Sequence record: MG752970.1
Direction: 5' to 3' (one strand)
Length of the DNA: 64,000 bases
Of this stretch, positions 48,207-57,511 are shown piece after piece. Below the pieces are notes generated by a model, which was not told the origin of the DNA, did not search any database, and worked only from the letters and a program-made list of their open reading frames with translations. How positions within the stretch are numbered: the first letter of the stretch is position 1; every line of letters begins with the position of its first letter. A program made the translations under genes and the position numbers.

Positions 48207-48665
48207 ATGACAGAAATCAAAGAGATAAGCTGGGAAGAAATTCAGGCAGTATGGTCGACAAAACTGTGGCCATCAAGAGAGTCTGCTATTGAGCCAGTAT
48301 CGGCCATGCGTTACCTAGGAGGATATACTTCTGATTTAGGAGCACCAACTTTCTTAGGGTTGTTCGTAGATGATGCTCTAGTGGGTGTTAATTCGTTTCA
48401 CAAAGTAGAACGAGCGTATCGAAGCCGTGGTCTGTGGGTAGATGAACAGATGAGGTCCAGAGGTTACGGTATTCTGCTGCTTAAGGAGACTATAGCTAGA
48501 GTGGATCGGTGCATCTGGTCCTTTCCTAGAAGCTCCAGCGTATCCACATATACGAAAGCAGGATTCGTTATTACGTCTGGAGAGATGGGCAACCCAGACA
48601 TAGGTGCTACAAATTACTATGCCCTGTGTGAGGATAAGAAACCAAGTGGTTGCAACTGCACCTGA
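48207..48665 (+). CDS. GNAT-family acetyltransferase
   Basis: RGLWVDEQMRSRGYG..LL acetyl-CoA motif; YTKAGF. Confidence 0.82.
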   Translation: MTEIKEISWEEIQAVWSTKLWPSRESAIEPVSAMRYLGGYTSDLGAPTFLGLFVDDALVGVNSFHKVERAYRSRGLWVDEQMRSRGYGILLLKETIARVDRCIWSFPRSSSVSTYTKAGFVITSGEMGNPDIGATNYYALCEDKKPSGCNCT

Positions 48666-49052
48666 TTATAATCGTTTTTCAATAGCAGCTTCTAAGTCAT
48701 TATCAATAATATATTGCTGCAGATCGAAAACATTGTCATATACATAGACTGGTCGCACTCCTTTGTATATATAACCCACGCCAGCACTTCCATTTATGAA
48801 GATTTTTTCTTGATAGTAATTAAAACTGCATGTAATAGTAATATGGCGCGGCGCGATAGAGATCAAATCACACACAAAGTTTATATCTAATCCACTACAC
48901 CGCCTAAAAGTCACGATGAGAGATTTGCGGAGATTATTTTCAAGATACCATTTAACACTTTCTTGATGAACTCTCATATTCTCGGACCATATTAGGTCCT
49001 TTGGTATGCGGTGCAGCATTGCTAGTCGTTCAGTATCACTGTATTCTTTCAT
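48666..49052 (-). CDS. FDxQDW-domain family protein, intermediate form
   Basis: C-terminal NVFDLQQYIIDND. Confidence 0.65.
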   Translation of the reverse strand: MKEYSDTERLAMLHRIPKDLIWSENMRVHQESVKWYLENNLRKSLIVTFRRCSGLDINFVCDLISIAPRHITITCSFNYYQEKIFINGSAGVGYIYKGVRPVYVYDNVFDLQQYIIDNDLEAAIEKRL

Positions 49053-49084
49053 CGAATTGCTTCTCCATAGTGCATCATGGTGTT

Positions 49085-49681
49085 ATGATTGAATTATACT
49101 CTCACCCCTCAACTATGGAGATAGCGTTGGATTCCTTTCAGATTAATCTAATGAACAATTCGCTAAGTGATTTGACGCCAGATCCTCTGGCTGCTATTCA
49201 ACATCAGCCTCATGTATATTCCTCTTCGCAAATCCAGCTGAAGAGCTCTGGTCATAACACTCTAACAGGTTATCATAGCCCTGAAGAAGTTGAGCTTGAG
49301 CTAGCACAGCTCACTCTGATCCGCCCGAATGTTAGCCGTTACGAATCTATTGATCAGCGTATGAAGGTAATGGAAAAGGCGGTAAATAAGCTGCAACAAG
49401 ACAAACGTGCGGATGCGGTTGTCAATAATCTTTGTAATTTCATTGTTGCAACGTATCCATTCATTGACCAGGTGGATGCTAAAACACTGGCTACACTGAT
49501 CGTTACGTGCAAAAACAACAATGAAATCTCGTTGAATATTCTGTCAACACAGCTCGTCAGCGTTCCACCATATGCAGATATGATGAGTCAAACGCTGACG
49601 GCAATGAGCTGGATTAATTTCTTCCAGACACTCTCAATGGATTCAGGACTAAGCATCCGCTTAGATTATCCACCACAATGA
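49085..49681 (+). CDS. Hypothetical protein
   Basis: Long ORF, probable start at internal Met. Confidence 0.55.
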   Translation: MIELYSHPSTMEIALDSFQINLMNNSLSDLTPDPLAAIQHQPHVYSSSQIQLKSSGHNTLTGYHSPEEVELELAQLTLIRPNVSRYESIDQRMKVMEKAVNKLQQDKRADAVVNNLCNFIVATYPFIDQVDAKTLATLIVTCKNNNEISLNILSTQLVSVPPYADMMSQTLTAMSWINFFQTLSMDSGLSIRLDYPPQ

Positions 49682-50058
49682 AAAAGAAAACAGCTAAAGA
49701 GTTAAACGCCGAAGCGCAGCTTAAAGCATTTCACAGCCTCGTCTCTACAATGACGGGGCATCATCCTTGGCTCTCTCAGTCGGCGGCCATCTATATCGCC
49801 GCGGAAATAATCGCTGCTAATGAAGCAGGTGATCACATCGAGATCATACCTGAATCTATCCTAGCATTCCCAAGAACTGAAAAGGAGTATGTTGGCTCAA
49901 CATGGGACAACTTACTCAAATGGTTGCGTTCAGAGATTGGCAGACCAATCTACGTCATGTTTAAGAAGCCAGCTTATGACGACGATATTGCAGAAGAAGA
50001 TTGCGTGAAGTCTGACGATTGCGATGAAATTGGAACTAAGGATGATTCAGGACCATAA
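49678..50058 (+). CDS. Hypothetical protein with acidic tail
   Basis: Coupled ORF. Confidence 0.55.
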   Translation: MKKKTAKELNAEAQLKAFHSLVSTMTGHHPWLSQSAAIYIAAEIIAANEAGDHIEIIPESILAFPRTEKEYVGSTWDNLLKWLRSEIGRPIYVMFKKPAYDDDIAEEDCVKSDDCDEIGTKDDSGP

Positions 50059-50076
50059 CAAATACGGAGATACCAT

Positions 50077-50772
50077 ATGACAACCACAGTTACCACAACT
50101 ACAGTAACGACTGTAACAACTACGACTACAACCCCAACAGATGTAGTAGCTAGACTCGTGTTCATTCTAGATAGATCTGGATCCATGCAGGACGTCAAGT
50201 CTGACGCAATCGGTGGATTCAATTCATTCGTTGAGTCCCAAAAGAAGGTGGAAGGTGAAGCCACGATGACTCTCGTTCTGTTCGATGACGTCATCACCAC
50301 TGTACATGATCGGCTGAACCTCTCAGAGGTTCCTACACTTACTGATGAGGTCTTCATTCCTCGTGGTATGACTGCTTTATTCGATGCTGTAGGCAGAACC
50401 ATTGCCGACATTAAGGCTACCAAGCAGCCAAATGAAAAGGTCATCCTCGCCATCCTTACAGATGGATACGAGAATGCTTCCAAAGAATATGGTGGTCAGC
50501 AAGTCGCAGACCTCATTAAGGAAGTTGAAGATGAGATGGGTTGGGAAGTTCTGTTCCTCGGTGCGAACATTGATGTCACTAAGATTGCTCAGCAGCTCAA
50601 TATTAAGGGCGGCAAGTTCGCAACATTTGCAGCATCTAGCGCAGGTATGGACGGCGCAACGAAGGCTGTAGATGCAGCATTTACAAATTACCGCAATGCT
50701 GCATATTCTGGAGCTGCTGCAGCAGCCGATTTTGATCTACAAGACGCTTATACTTCAAACGTGACTAAGTAA
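50077..50772 (+). CDS. von Willebrand factor A domain protein with Thr/Val-rich N-terminus
   Basis: ILDRSGSM MIDAS, GMTALFDA, LTDGYEN, FLGAN. Confidence 0.88.
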   Translation: MTTTVTTTTVTTVTTTTTTPTDVVARLVFILDRSGSMQDVKSDAIGGFNSFVESQKKVEGEATMTLVLFDDVITTVHDRLNLSEVPTLTDEVFIPRGMTALFDAVGRTIADIKATKQPNEKVILAILTDGYENASKEYGGQQVADLIKEVEDEMGWEVLFLGANIDVTKIAQQLNIKGGKFATFAASSAGMDGATKAVDAAFTNYRNAAYSGAAAAADFDLQDAYTSNVTK

Positions 50773-50773
50773 A

Positions 50774-51007
50774 ATGGAAACAAATAGAGTACCATATCGC
50801 TTAACGAATGTTGAAGGTCCATATAAAGCAGATTATTGTGGTTATCCACTGTCTGGAGTAGTAAGAGGTCCTGGGGATTTTTGGCAACCAGGACACACTC
50901 TAGAAAAAGCTAGAGAGATTGCAGGTATGCTAAACACCGCATATCTGTTGGGATTTGGTGATGGCAAATTTGATTCATTAACGACACAGATTGACGACTC
51001 AATTTAA
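50774..51007 (+). CDS. Hypothetical protein
   Basis: Coupled ORF. Confidence 0.55.
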   Translation: METNRVPYRLTNVEGPYKADYCGYPLSGVVRGPGDFWQPGHTLEKAREIAGMLNTAYLLGFGDGKFDSLTTQIDDSI

Positions 51008-51335
51008 TTCTATGACACACAACATTGTAAAAGTAAAGGTGAGACCTGCTACGGCAACTGTATCCATGGGTAATGGATTCTTTTATGCACCGTATAATCC
51101 CCTGACTGAAATGAATAAGAATCGGTCATTCGAGTTTAAAGGCCATAAACCTGAAATTAGGTTCTTAGAGACTTCATTCTTTGATCAACCCACCATTTAT
51201 CCCGGATATTTCAGCTTCAACGATTCCATGAAGATAATGGGTATTGATGCTGATACAATCTTGAAAGATATGGATAGCATCTACGAATATCAGATAAAGA
51301 AACGACAGCCCTCATTTACTATATCGCAGGGATAA
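50991..51335 (+). CDS. Small protein with gp23-like FYAPY motif
   Basis: GFFYAPYNPL resembles the T4-type major capsid C-terminal motif. Confidence 0.45.
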   Translation: MTTQFNSMTHNIVKVKVRPATATVSMGNGFFYAPYNPLTEMNKNRSFEFKGHKPEIRFLETSFFDQPTIYPGYFSFNDSMKIMGIDADTILKDMDSIYEYQIKKRQPSFTISQG

Positions 51336-51337
51336 AC

Positions 51338-51363
51338 AAAAGGAGACCTTAAGGTCTCCTTTT
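51338..51363. terminator. Bidirectional terminator, perfect palindrome
   Basis: aaaaggagaccttaaggtctcctttt between convergent genes. Confidence 0.8.
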
Positions 51364-51944
51364 TATTGCTTAAATTTTGCTGGATCTTTATCGTATCCGT
51401 TTGATATCATAAAATCCTGGAATTCAAACACATCATCTAGCATAATTTCCGTAACACCCCACATGACATGAATTCCTGCTAGAGTTGCATTCACTATACA
51501 TTTCGTTCCAACGCTGTACACAAATCTGTCTAGATCCATTTGAAGCATTTTTTCAACATCATTGAATGACAGCATCGTGTGGTGGGTGTCTACAAAATTC
51601 ACATGATGTGATTCAACTAATGTTGACAGATCGGTGTCTAGTTCGCAGTTATATAGACTTAGATTCCCAATCGATTTGAAAATATTAAAAGAAGAAATTT
51701 TTCGGCGATGGATTGTGAGTCCATTAAGATCACTAAAAGTAATTGGTGAATCTAATAACTTAAGAGCATTCTTTGTCTGTCCTATGCCAACATGTATATT
51801 GGATGGCAATACCAATTCAGATGCAATCAGATACTTAGTCAGCTCAGCTCCTAGAACTGATTTCTGTTTTTCCAAATCCCAGGCACTTAGATTCTGTTCT
51901 ATCCAATCGACTAAAATATCTCTTTTAATTTCTGAAAGCTTCAT
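51363..51944 (-). CDS. FDxQDW-domain family, long form, array member 11
   Basis: MKLSEI; IGNLSLYNCEL; DVFEFQDFMISNG. Confidence 0.8.
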   Translation of the reverse strand: MKLSEIKRDILVDWIEQNLSAWDLEKQKSVLGAELTKYLIASELVLPSNIHVGIGQTKNALKLLDSPITFSDLNGLTIHRRKISSFNIFKSIGNLSLYNCELDTDLSTLVESHHVNFVDTHHTMLSFNDVEKMLQMDLDRFVYSVGTKCIVNATLAGIHVMWGVTEIMLDDVFEFQDFMISNGYDKDPAKFKQ

Positions 51945-51947
51945 TCA

Positions 51948-52556
51948 TTAGCCTCTCTTGAAGCAGTCCACACGATCGAACCACTCATTATCGATAAGCC
52001 ATTCTTGAAATTCAAACTCATCATTGAATTTTTCTTGCAAAGAATGACGGTATTCTTCATCAGGATACTCAGCAATTATAACATCACCTGATCTATTAAT
52101 GATTAGATCTACAGTAGAATACACCCATTGTCTAAGATTAGATCCTAGTAGCACGCCAAAATCTTCAAACGTTAGCAATGTGCTTTCAAATCTAACATCC
52201 CTACAAGCATGAATGGCCCATTGAACAAGTGCGCCATCATACGTGCAGTACAAAATTTCTGCTCTATCCTGAACAACCTTTGGCAGTTTACTAATACCTT
52301 CGGCAGTCAGATGAAATGAATTCAATCTCAGAATTGACACTGTATTCATGCCGATTGGTGGCGACCAAGTCGTAGGGTTATCAAAGCTTCCAGTAAAGTT
52401 AGCAGTCAATCCAGTAGCATCTAACACTGAATTCTTGATGCGTGAGATCCATTCTTGACCACCAGTCGCATCACTTGTTAAATACCCCAACTTTCTAAAC
52501 TCTGCGGCTATCTGTTGATCACTCATGCCTTCACTCAACCATTTCTTAAATCTCAT
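51948..52556 (-). CDS. FDxQDW-domain family, long form, array member 10
   Basis: MRFKKWLSE; ISKLPKV; EFEFQEWLIDNE. Confidence 0.8.
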   Translation of the reverse strand: MRFKKWLSEGMSDQQIAAEFRKLGYLTSDATGGQEWISRIKNSVLDATGLTANFTGSFDNPTTWSPPIGMNTVSILRLNSFHLTAEGISKLPKVVQDRAEILYCTYDGALVQWAIHACRDVRFESTLLTFEDFGVLLGSNLRQWVYSTVDLIINRSGDVIIAEYPDEEYRHSLQEKFNDEFEFQEWLIDNEWFDRVDCFKRG

Positions 52557-52602
52557 ATTACGCCTTAAAATTTACCAATCGCATTAGTAGTCCAATATTT
52601 TC

Positions 52603-53223
52603 TCATTCACTAATCTCAAAGTAAGTAGAATTATCCGACACACCGAGATTAATTAATTCATTCTGCAAATCAAACACGTCTAGACCAGACAGGTTATGTG
52701 TGTCATATTTTAATCTGAGTCCTTTCGACTCTGTATTTGATATCTCGAAATTCTTTCCTATAGAGTATATCACTTTAGTTCCTGAAGATATCAAATCTAT
52801 TAGATCATTCTCACGTATTTTGGTATCGCCAAGCAATATTTTCTTTCTACCCTTTAGGTAATCCAAATAAAGACCCGTTAATTTACAATCATAAATGAAC
52901 AATTCAATAGGATTTCCAAGCAGTGATATGTTGTTTATGGTGAAACCTCTTACGAAGACGGTCTCTATATCCGGTAGTGTGTTAGGAATATTAAAAGGAG
53001 TTCCCTTTCTTTTGGAATACAGCTCAAGATATGTAAGATCTTTTTGAGTTGTGCGTCCTGCCAGAACCTCATGCGCATTATAATTGCCGCCCAAATATGG
53101 ACCAAAACCCTTTCCTTCAAATCTATATCTCTTCAAGCTGTCAACAAAGTCAGCCCACTGGCGCATGATGTCATCATTCTTTATTTCACTCAACCTCATA
53201 TTATGCCTTGAAGAGTTTATCAT
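52603..53223 (-). CDS. FDxQDW-domain family, long form, array member 9
   Basis: Internal MRLSEI; IELFIYDCKL; DVFDLQNELINLG. Confidence 0.8.
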   Translation of the reverse strand: MINSSRHNMRLSEIKNDDIMRQWADFVDSLKRYRFEGKGFGPYLGGNYNAHEVLAGRTTQKDLTYLELYSKRKGTPFNIPNTLPDIETVFVRGFTINNISLLGNPIELFIYDCKLTGLYLDYLKGRKKILLGDTKIRENDLIDLISSGTKVIYSIGKNFEISNTESKGLRLKYDTHNLSGLDVFDLQNELINLGVSDNSTYFEISE

Positions 53224-53791
53224 GCAGATCTTTTTCGATCAAATAATTCTGAAATTCAAACACATCACTGGTTGTCCAGCCCGCAGGATTACTAGAACCT
53301 GTATCATGTACAAAATAATTTGACTCATCAAAACCAATCAGGATACCATTTACATTGTACATAAGATCTATCTGAGCTTCAAGCAGTTTGTCAAACTCAG
53401 CGAGACTTAGCTTTGAATCATGCAGCTCTACATACTTCACATTAGCTGTAACATAATCAGCAAACCCTGGTGCCACCTTGCACTTACCAATAACAAGCTC
53501 ATTTACTTTAGGCCAATCACCGTAGTTTCCTATTTCTGATCCACGAGTGACAGATAGTTGATTAAGCTTATCGAATTTGACAGGCCATTTTAGGAGTGAT
53601 ATGTTCTTCTTAGCATCAAGAATCCAGGTCTCAGTATCAACTGTGAGTTTACCAGCTTTCAGCATCTTGTGCGAAATAAAATTAATATGATCGATTTCAC
53701 CGGTGTCATCGGCTATCGCAAAGTTGGCAAACAACCAATCAATTAACGCATCATCTCTTTTTGCTGGAGATAGTATCTCATCTAGTTTCAT
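53201..53791 (-). CDS. FDxQDW-domain family, long form, array member 8
   Basis: MKLDEI; WPKVNELVIGKCKV; DVFEFQNYLIEKD. Confidence 0.8.
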   Translation of the reverse strand: MKLDEILSPAKRDDALIDWLFANFAIADDTGEIDHINFISHKMLKAGKLTVDTETWILDAKKNISLLKWPVKFDKLNQLSVTRGSEIGNYGDWPKVNELVIGKCKVAPGFADYVTANVKYVELHDSKLSLAEFDKLLEAQIDLMYNVNGILIGFDESNYFVHDTGSSNPAGWTTSDVFEFQNYLIEKDLHDKLFKA

Positions 53792-53800
53792 TTGATTCCC

Positions 53801-54403
53801 TTATTGAACGAAATAGCGTTCATCGTCTAACTGCATCTGCATAAGCGTGTCTTGCAAATCAAATACTGATTTAACCACTATGCGCTTAATAGAATTTGAT
53901 TTATTATCTCTTACTGATATTTCTAAAACATCGTACTTGTTGATGGTTAAATTAATTCCTCTATCACTGTCAGAGATAAAGTAACTAACTTCAAGCGGCC
54001 CAGATTCGATAATCAAGCACAAATCATTTAGTCTTATTTTAGAGTTTGACAGACGCAAGAGATCCTTGATATGAGACTTGGCATATTGTACTATTCCAGG
54101 TCCTAGGTTGCACAACAGAGCTCTAAACTCATCTACTATCGGCATCTTAGAATACTCATTCAATCTGCATGTCGTCATTTTCAGTGCAAAGAGCCTTGGT
54201 ATTCTACTAGGAAATTCAATAACCTCATCATGACCGTCCATGACTATTTGCGTTTCTGTTAATGAATATCCGGTATTCAGCCTACCGACAATTTCACCCG
54301 ATGTCAGATGGCCACCATAATGCTGATCGATTCCACTTACGTCATACTTATAAACGAATTCTTCCCATGCATTTTCGGTAGATCCTATCTCACGCAGCTT
54401 CAT
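53801..54403 (-). CDS. FDxQDW-domain family, long form, array member 7
   Basis: MKLREI; MPIVDEFRALLCNL; SVFDLQDTLMQM. Confidence 0.8.
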   Translation of the reverse strand: MKLREIGSTENAWEEFVYKYDVSGIDQHYGGHLTSGEIVGRLNTGYSLTETQIVMDGHDEVIEFPSRIPRLFALKMTTCRLNEYSKMPIVDEFRALLCNLGPGIVQYAKSHIKDLLRLSNSKIRLNDLCLIIESGPLEVSYFISDSDRGINLTINKYDVLEISVRDNKSNSIKRIVVKSVFDLQDTLMQMQLDDERYFVQ

Positions 54404-55044
54404 GGCTTGAATCCTTTACTTATTAGATCGTGTGACAGCAGATAGTCCTGTAGTTCGAAAGGATCATCAAACGCTATGTGAGTAACGTTATGAGGGTTTG
54501 TAGATTTCGATGAATCGATCGCGTTCGCGCTGTGTGATATTTTATATTTGTCGTTCACGTACATTACGGTTATAGAACCGGGACTGTAGTTAAATTCCTT
54601 TCCACTAGCAAGCATGAGCTCAAAATCTGCATATGATATCAGCGTGCCTCTGAGTACCCACTTACCAACATCCTTCGTTACCCATTCAGCAAACCCCTTG
54701 CGCACGTTGCAGTCTATTAACACCAGATGTTCTAGCTTAGGATAGTTCTGAAAGCCCTCTAGATAGCAATCCTCTAGCTGCATTCCAATTGCTTGTCCCA
54801 TCTTAACCGGAAAGGTAACAGTTCTGTTAGGAAAGTTTCTAGCATTCACTCGTATCGTCATGTGCTCTAGACCAACTAACTTTCCATTCCTGACTAAATG
54901 GCCGTAGTCTTTCTTCTGAATCGCCTGAGTTGTTCCTGAGTCTATGTTCGTAGATAGAACCAAATGATCTAACGTCCACTTTAGAAGTTCATAATCCTCC
55001 GAATCTTCTTTCAACCATTGCTTGAAGCTCATCTCTAATTCCAA
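54400..55044 (-). CDS. FDxQDW-domain family, long form, array member 6
   Basis: Internal MSFKQWLKE; YPKLEHLVLIDCNV; DPFELQDYLLSHD. Confidence 0.8.
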   Translation of the reverse strand: MELEMSFKQWLKEDSEDYELLKWTLDHLVLSTNIDSGTTQAIQKKDYGHLVRNGKLVGLEHMTIRVNARNFPNRTVTFPVKMGQAIGMQLEDCYLEGFQNYPKLEHLVLIDCNVRKGFAEWVTKDVGKWVLRGTLISYADFELMLASGKEFNYSPGSITVMYVNDKYKISHSANAIDSSKSTNPHNVTHIAFDDPFELQDYLLSHDLISKGFKP

Positions 55045-55056
55045 AAAGTTATTGTT

Positions 55057-55647
55057 CTATTTAAACCATTCGCTGGTATCCACGTTATCAATCAACCATT
55101 CCTGAGCATCAAACTCATCATCAAAGTACTGAATTCCATTATCATACGCTGATGGTCCCTGATATGAGACTCTACATTTATGTTTGATGTCGCTCACTAT
55201 TCTAAGCCAGTCGCCATCGATATTCACGTAGTAGGTAAAATCTATTACGGGCAGGAATGCTAATTCAATAACATCTCCAATTCGCAGCAATGAGTTAGTC
55301 ACACCAACCTGCTTCGCTATCTTATTCTTTATGTACTCAGCAAACCCATCTCCTAGGTTACACTTATCGACTGAAAAGATATCAGTAATAGGTAAATTAG
55401 TATAATCGTTAATCGTCAGTCGGTCCACATTCAGCTCATACAGGTATCTAATCCCATCCGGTAACCTCAACACCTCTCCGTTACCAGAAAAGGAAGCCGT
55501 ACAGTTACCAGTATTATCGTCAGCAGCCTCTTCTAGGAATTCATCTAAAGTGAGCTCCTTTGCATACGCACCGTTAGGCATCACGTATATAAATTCGGTG
55601 CGGATTCCATCAAATGCGTTTGACTTAGCAATCTCATTTAACTTCAT
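55057..55647 (-). CDS. FDxQDW-domain family, long form, array member 5
   Basis: MKLNEI; LPITDIFSVDKCNL; DEFDAQEWLIDN. Confidence 0.8.
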   Translation of the reverse strand: MKLNEIAKSNAFDGIRTEFIYVMPNGAYAKELTLDEFLEEAADDNTGNCTASFSGNGEVLRLPDGIRYLYELNVDRLTINDYTNLPITDIFSVDKCNLGDGFAEYIKNKIAKQVGVTNSLLRIGDVIELAFLPVIDFTYYVNIDGDWLRIVSDIKHKCRVSYQGPSAYDNGIQYFDDEFDAQEWLIDNVDTSEWFK

Positions 55648-56279
55648 TTGAAGTACTCCGATCCAGTAAAGCCGTTCTGGATCATCCAGTCCTGCATTTC
55701 AAAGACATCATCAAAGAACTGAAGTGCAGGAGCACCTCGGGCGTCAGCCAAGGGCGTCATCACCACGATCTTTGCGGTTTTAGAGTATCCCTTTTGCTGC
55801 ACCGCTTCACCCGCGGTAACTTTTAATATGGTGTTTCCTATATGATACTCTAGACTTCGAATGCCGCTTACGAGATGGTAGAAAATATCCTCCTTAATCT
55901 TCGTAGAATATGATCTTAAGGCTTGATCGCTACGAATGTTGTTCACAACCGAATCGGGTACCACGCAGTTCGTAAATTGATACCCATACACTGAATCAAA
56001 GGGGACGTCAGGAACTATGTAGTTAGCAACCGATAACCATCTTACTCTAGGTAGGGCGTACGGAAGTTCTAGCGGCGTCTGTGAATTAGGTTTACCATCT
56101 AAATGAACGGCAGCCTCTGACATTCTATCTTGATCGAGAAGCTTCAGCAAGCGTTCTCGTTGCTTGATGTATCCAGATCCAAAGTGCACCTGCGCGTTCT
56201 GCATCAACCAATCGCACAAGGCTTCATTATCCTGAGTTATTTCTTCTAGTTTCATAGCTGCGTAAAGAAGGTTTTCCAC
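55644..56279 (-). CDS. FDxQDW-domain family, long form, array member 4
   Basis: Internal MKLEEI; LPRVRWLSVANY; DVFEMQDWMIQNG. Confidence 0.8.
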   Translation of the reverse strand: MENLLYAAMKLEEITQDNEALCDWLMQNAQVHFGSGYIKQRERLLKLLDQDRMSEAAVHLDGKPNSQTPLELPYALPRVRWLSVANYIVPDVPFDSVYGYQFTNCVVPDSVVNNIRSDQALRSYSTKIKEDIFYHLVSGIRSLEYHIGNTILKVTAGEAVQQKGYSKTAKIVVMTPLADARGAPALQFFDDVFEMQDWMIQNGFTGSEYFK

Positions 56280-56839
56280 TTATCGGTTGACATCAAGTAA
56301 TCCTGTAGCTCAAATACGTCCGTGAGCTTGACATCAGGATTCTTTCCTTTAATCACATATTCATGACCGCTATACATCAGAAGTTCCTTTCCAGCTCTGA
56401 ACTCAAACATAACATCAGCATCTAGAATCTTCTCAAAGTCGTCCAGGTTTACGAGTGAATCTGAAACCGAAACCGTCGGTCTATTCTCCTGAACGTACTC
56501 TCCAAATCCCTTTGCAATGTAGCAGCGCTTCAGAAACAAGGCAGCAGTTTCAGGCCAGTTAGCATAGTTCTTGATAGTGACTTCCTTGAAATCGATGAAG
56601 CGTACCTCATAGATCTTTATTGGAAACTTAATCTCTATCTCGGTCTTCTTGTTCTCAATCCCACATTCTGTCAACCCGTAAATGACACCGTTTCCATGTA
56701 TCTTAGCTCGCAGTACGTCCTCAGTCATGGGCTGAATCATTCCCATATCGGTGAAACCAATCTTAAAGTTAGCAACCAGATCCTTGATCTCCTGCTCATA
56801 CTTATTCTGTATCTCTGTCAACCTCATGTACGACCTCAA
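56252..56839 (-). CDS. FDxQDW-domain family, long form, array member 3
   Basis: Internal MRLTEI; WPETAALFLKRCYI; DVFELQDYLMSTD. Confidence 0.8.
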   Translation of the reverse strand: MRSYMRLTEIQNKYEQEIKDLVANFKIGFTDMGMIQPMTEDVLRAKIHGNGVIYGLTECGIENKKTEIEIKFPIKIYEVRFIDFKEVTIKNYANWPETAALFLKRCYIAKGFGEYVQENRPTVSVSDSLVNLDDFEKILDADVMFEFRAGKELLMYSGHEYVIKGKNPDVKLTDVFELQDYLMSTDKWKTFFTQL

Positions 56840-56845
56840 ATAAAA

Positions 56846-57469
56846 TTACGCATCTAAAAATACCTCTGACGGCAGATTCAAACCTAGAATATATTCCTGC
56901 GCGTCGAAGATATCGGTAACCTGGGTTTGCTGAGAGGCTGCACCGTGCTGATTACGCCAAATTCGTATGTAACCGTCAGCCCCTTTCTTTACTTGAAATA
57001 TGATATCGTTCAACGTCCAGAAGTACTCAAGCATTCCCGTGTCAACCAACTCCAGAACCTCATGCATGCGCATAGGAACATTATTGAGTCTTGCAGAGTT
57101 AGAAACCTTGTTCTTAAGGTACTCGTATACAGCAGGACCGCAGTCACAGTTACGCATGATAAGGTCTTCAACGCTAGGCAGATACGAAAAATCCTGTATT
57201 CTGAATTTCTGCAGAGTAAGTTCCCTTAGGGTTGGAATAGGTACCGGCATGTCAAACAGTTCCTTACCAGCAGTATTTCCAACTAGGGTTAGATTCGTAT
57301 AGTCTAAATCACTCAAATTCTGAATTCGGCGCAGTATGAGCCTAATCTCATTCTCGTCCAGCGGGTCCTTACTTACTTGACCCTTCCTACAGTGATCCAT
57401 AAACCAGTCAAAAATCTCTTCACTCTCATCTTCTCTTATCTCCGTCAACCTCATTTTCCCATTCCCCAA
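56846..57469 (-). CDS. FDxQDW-domain family, long form, array member 2
   Basis: Internal MRLTEI; LRELTLQKFRIQDFSYLPSVEDLIMRNC; DIFDAQEYILGLN. Confidence 0.8.
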   Translation of the reverse strand: MGNGKMRLTEIREDESEEIFDWFMDHCRKGQVSKDPLDENEIRLILRRIQNLSDLDYTNLTLVGNTAGKELFDMPVPIPTLRELTLQKFRIQDFSYLPSVEDLIMRNCDCGPAVYEYLKNKVSNSARLNNVPMRMHEVLELVDTGMLEYFWTLNDIIFQVKKGADGYIRIWRNQHGAASQQTQVTDIFDAQEYILGLNLPSEVFLDA

Positions 57470-57511
57470 TTCGAATAAAACTTAAAACCTACCAGATCTT
57501 CCCGGATAAAA

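Noticed and set aside
49974-50483. 169-aa minus-strand ORF with VVVVVTVV run
   Set aside because: Mirror of the vWA Thr/Val leader
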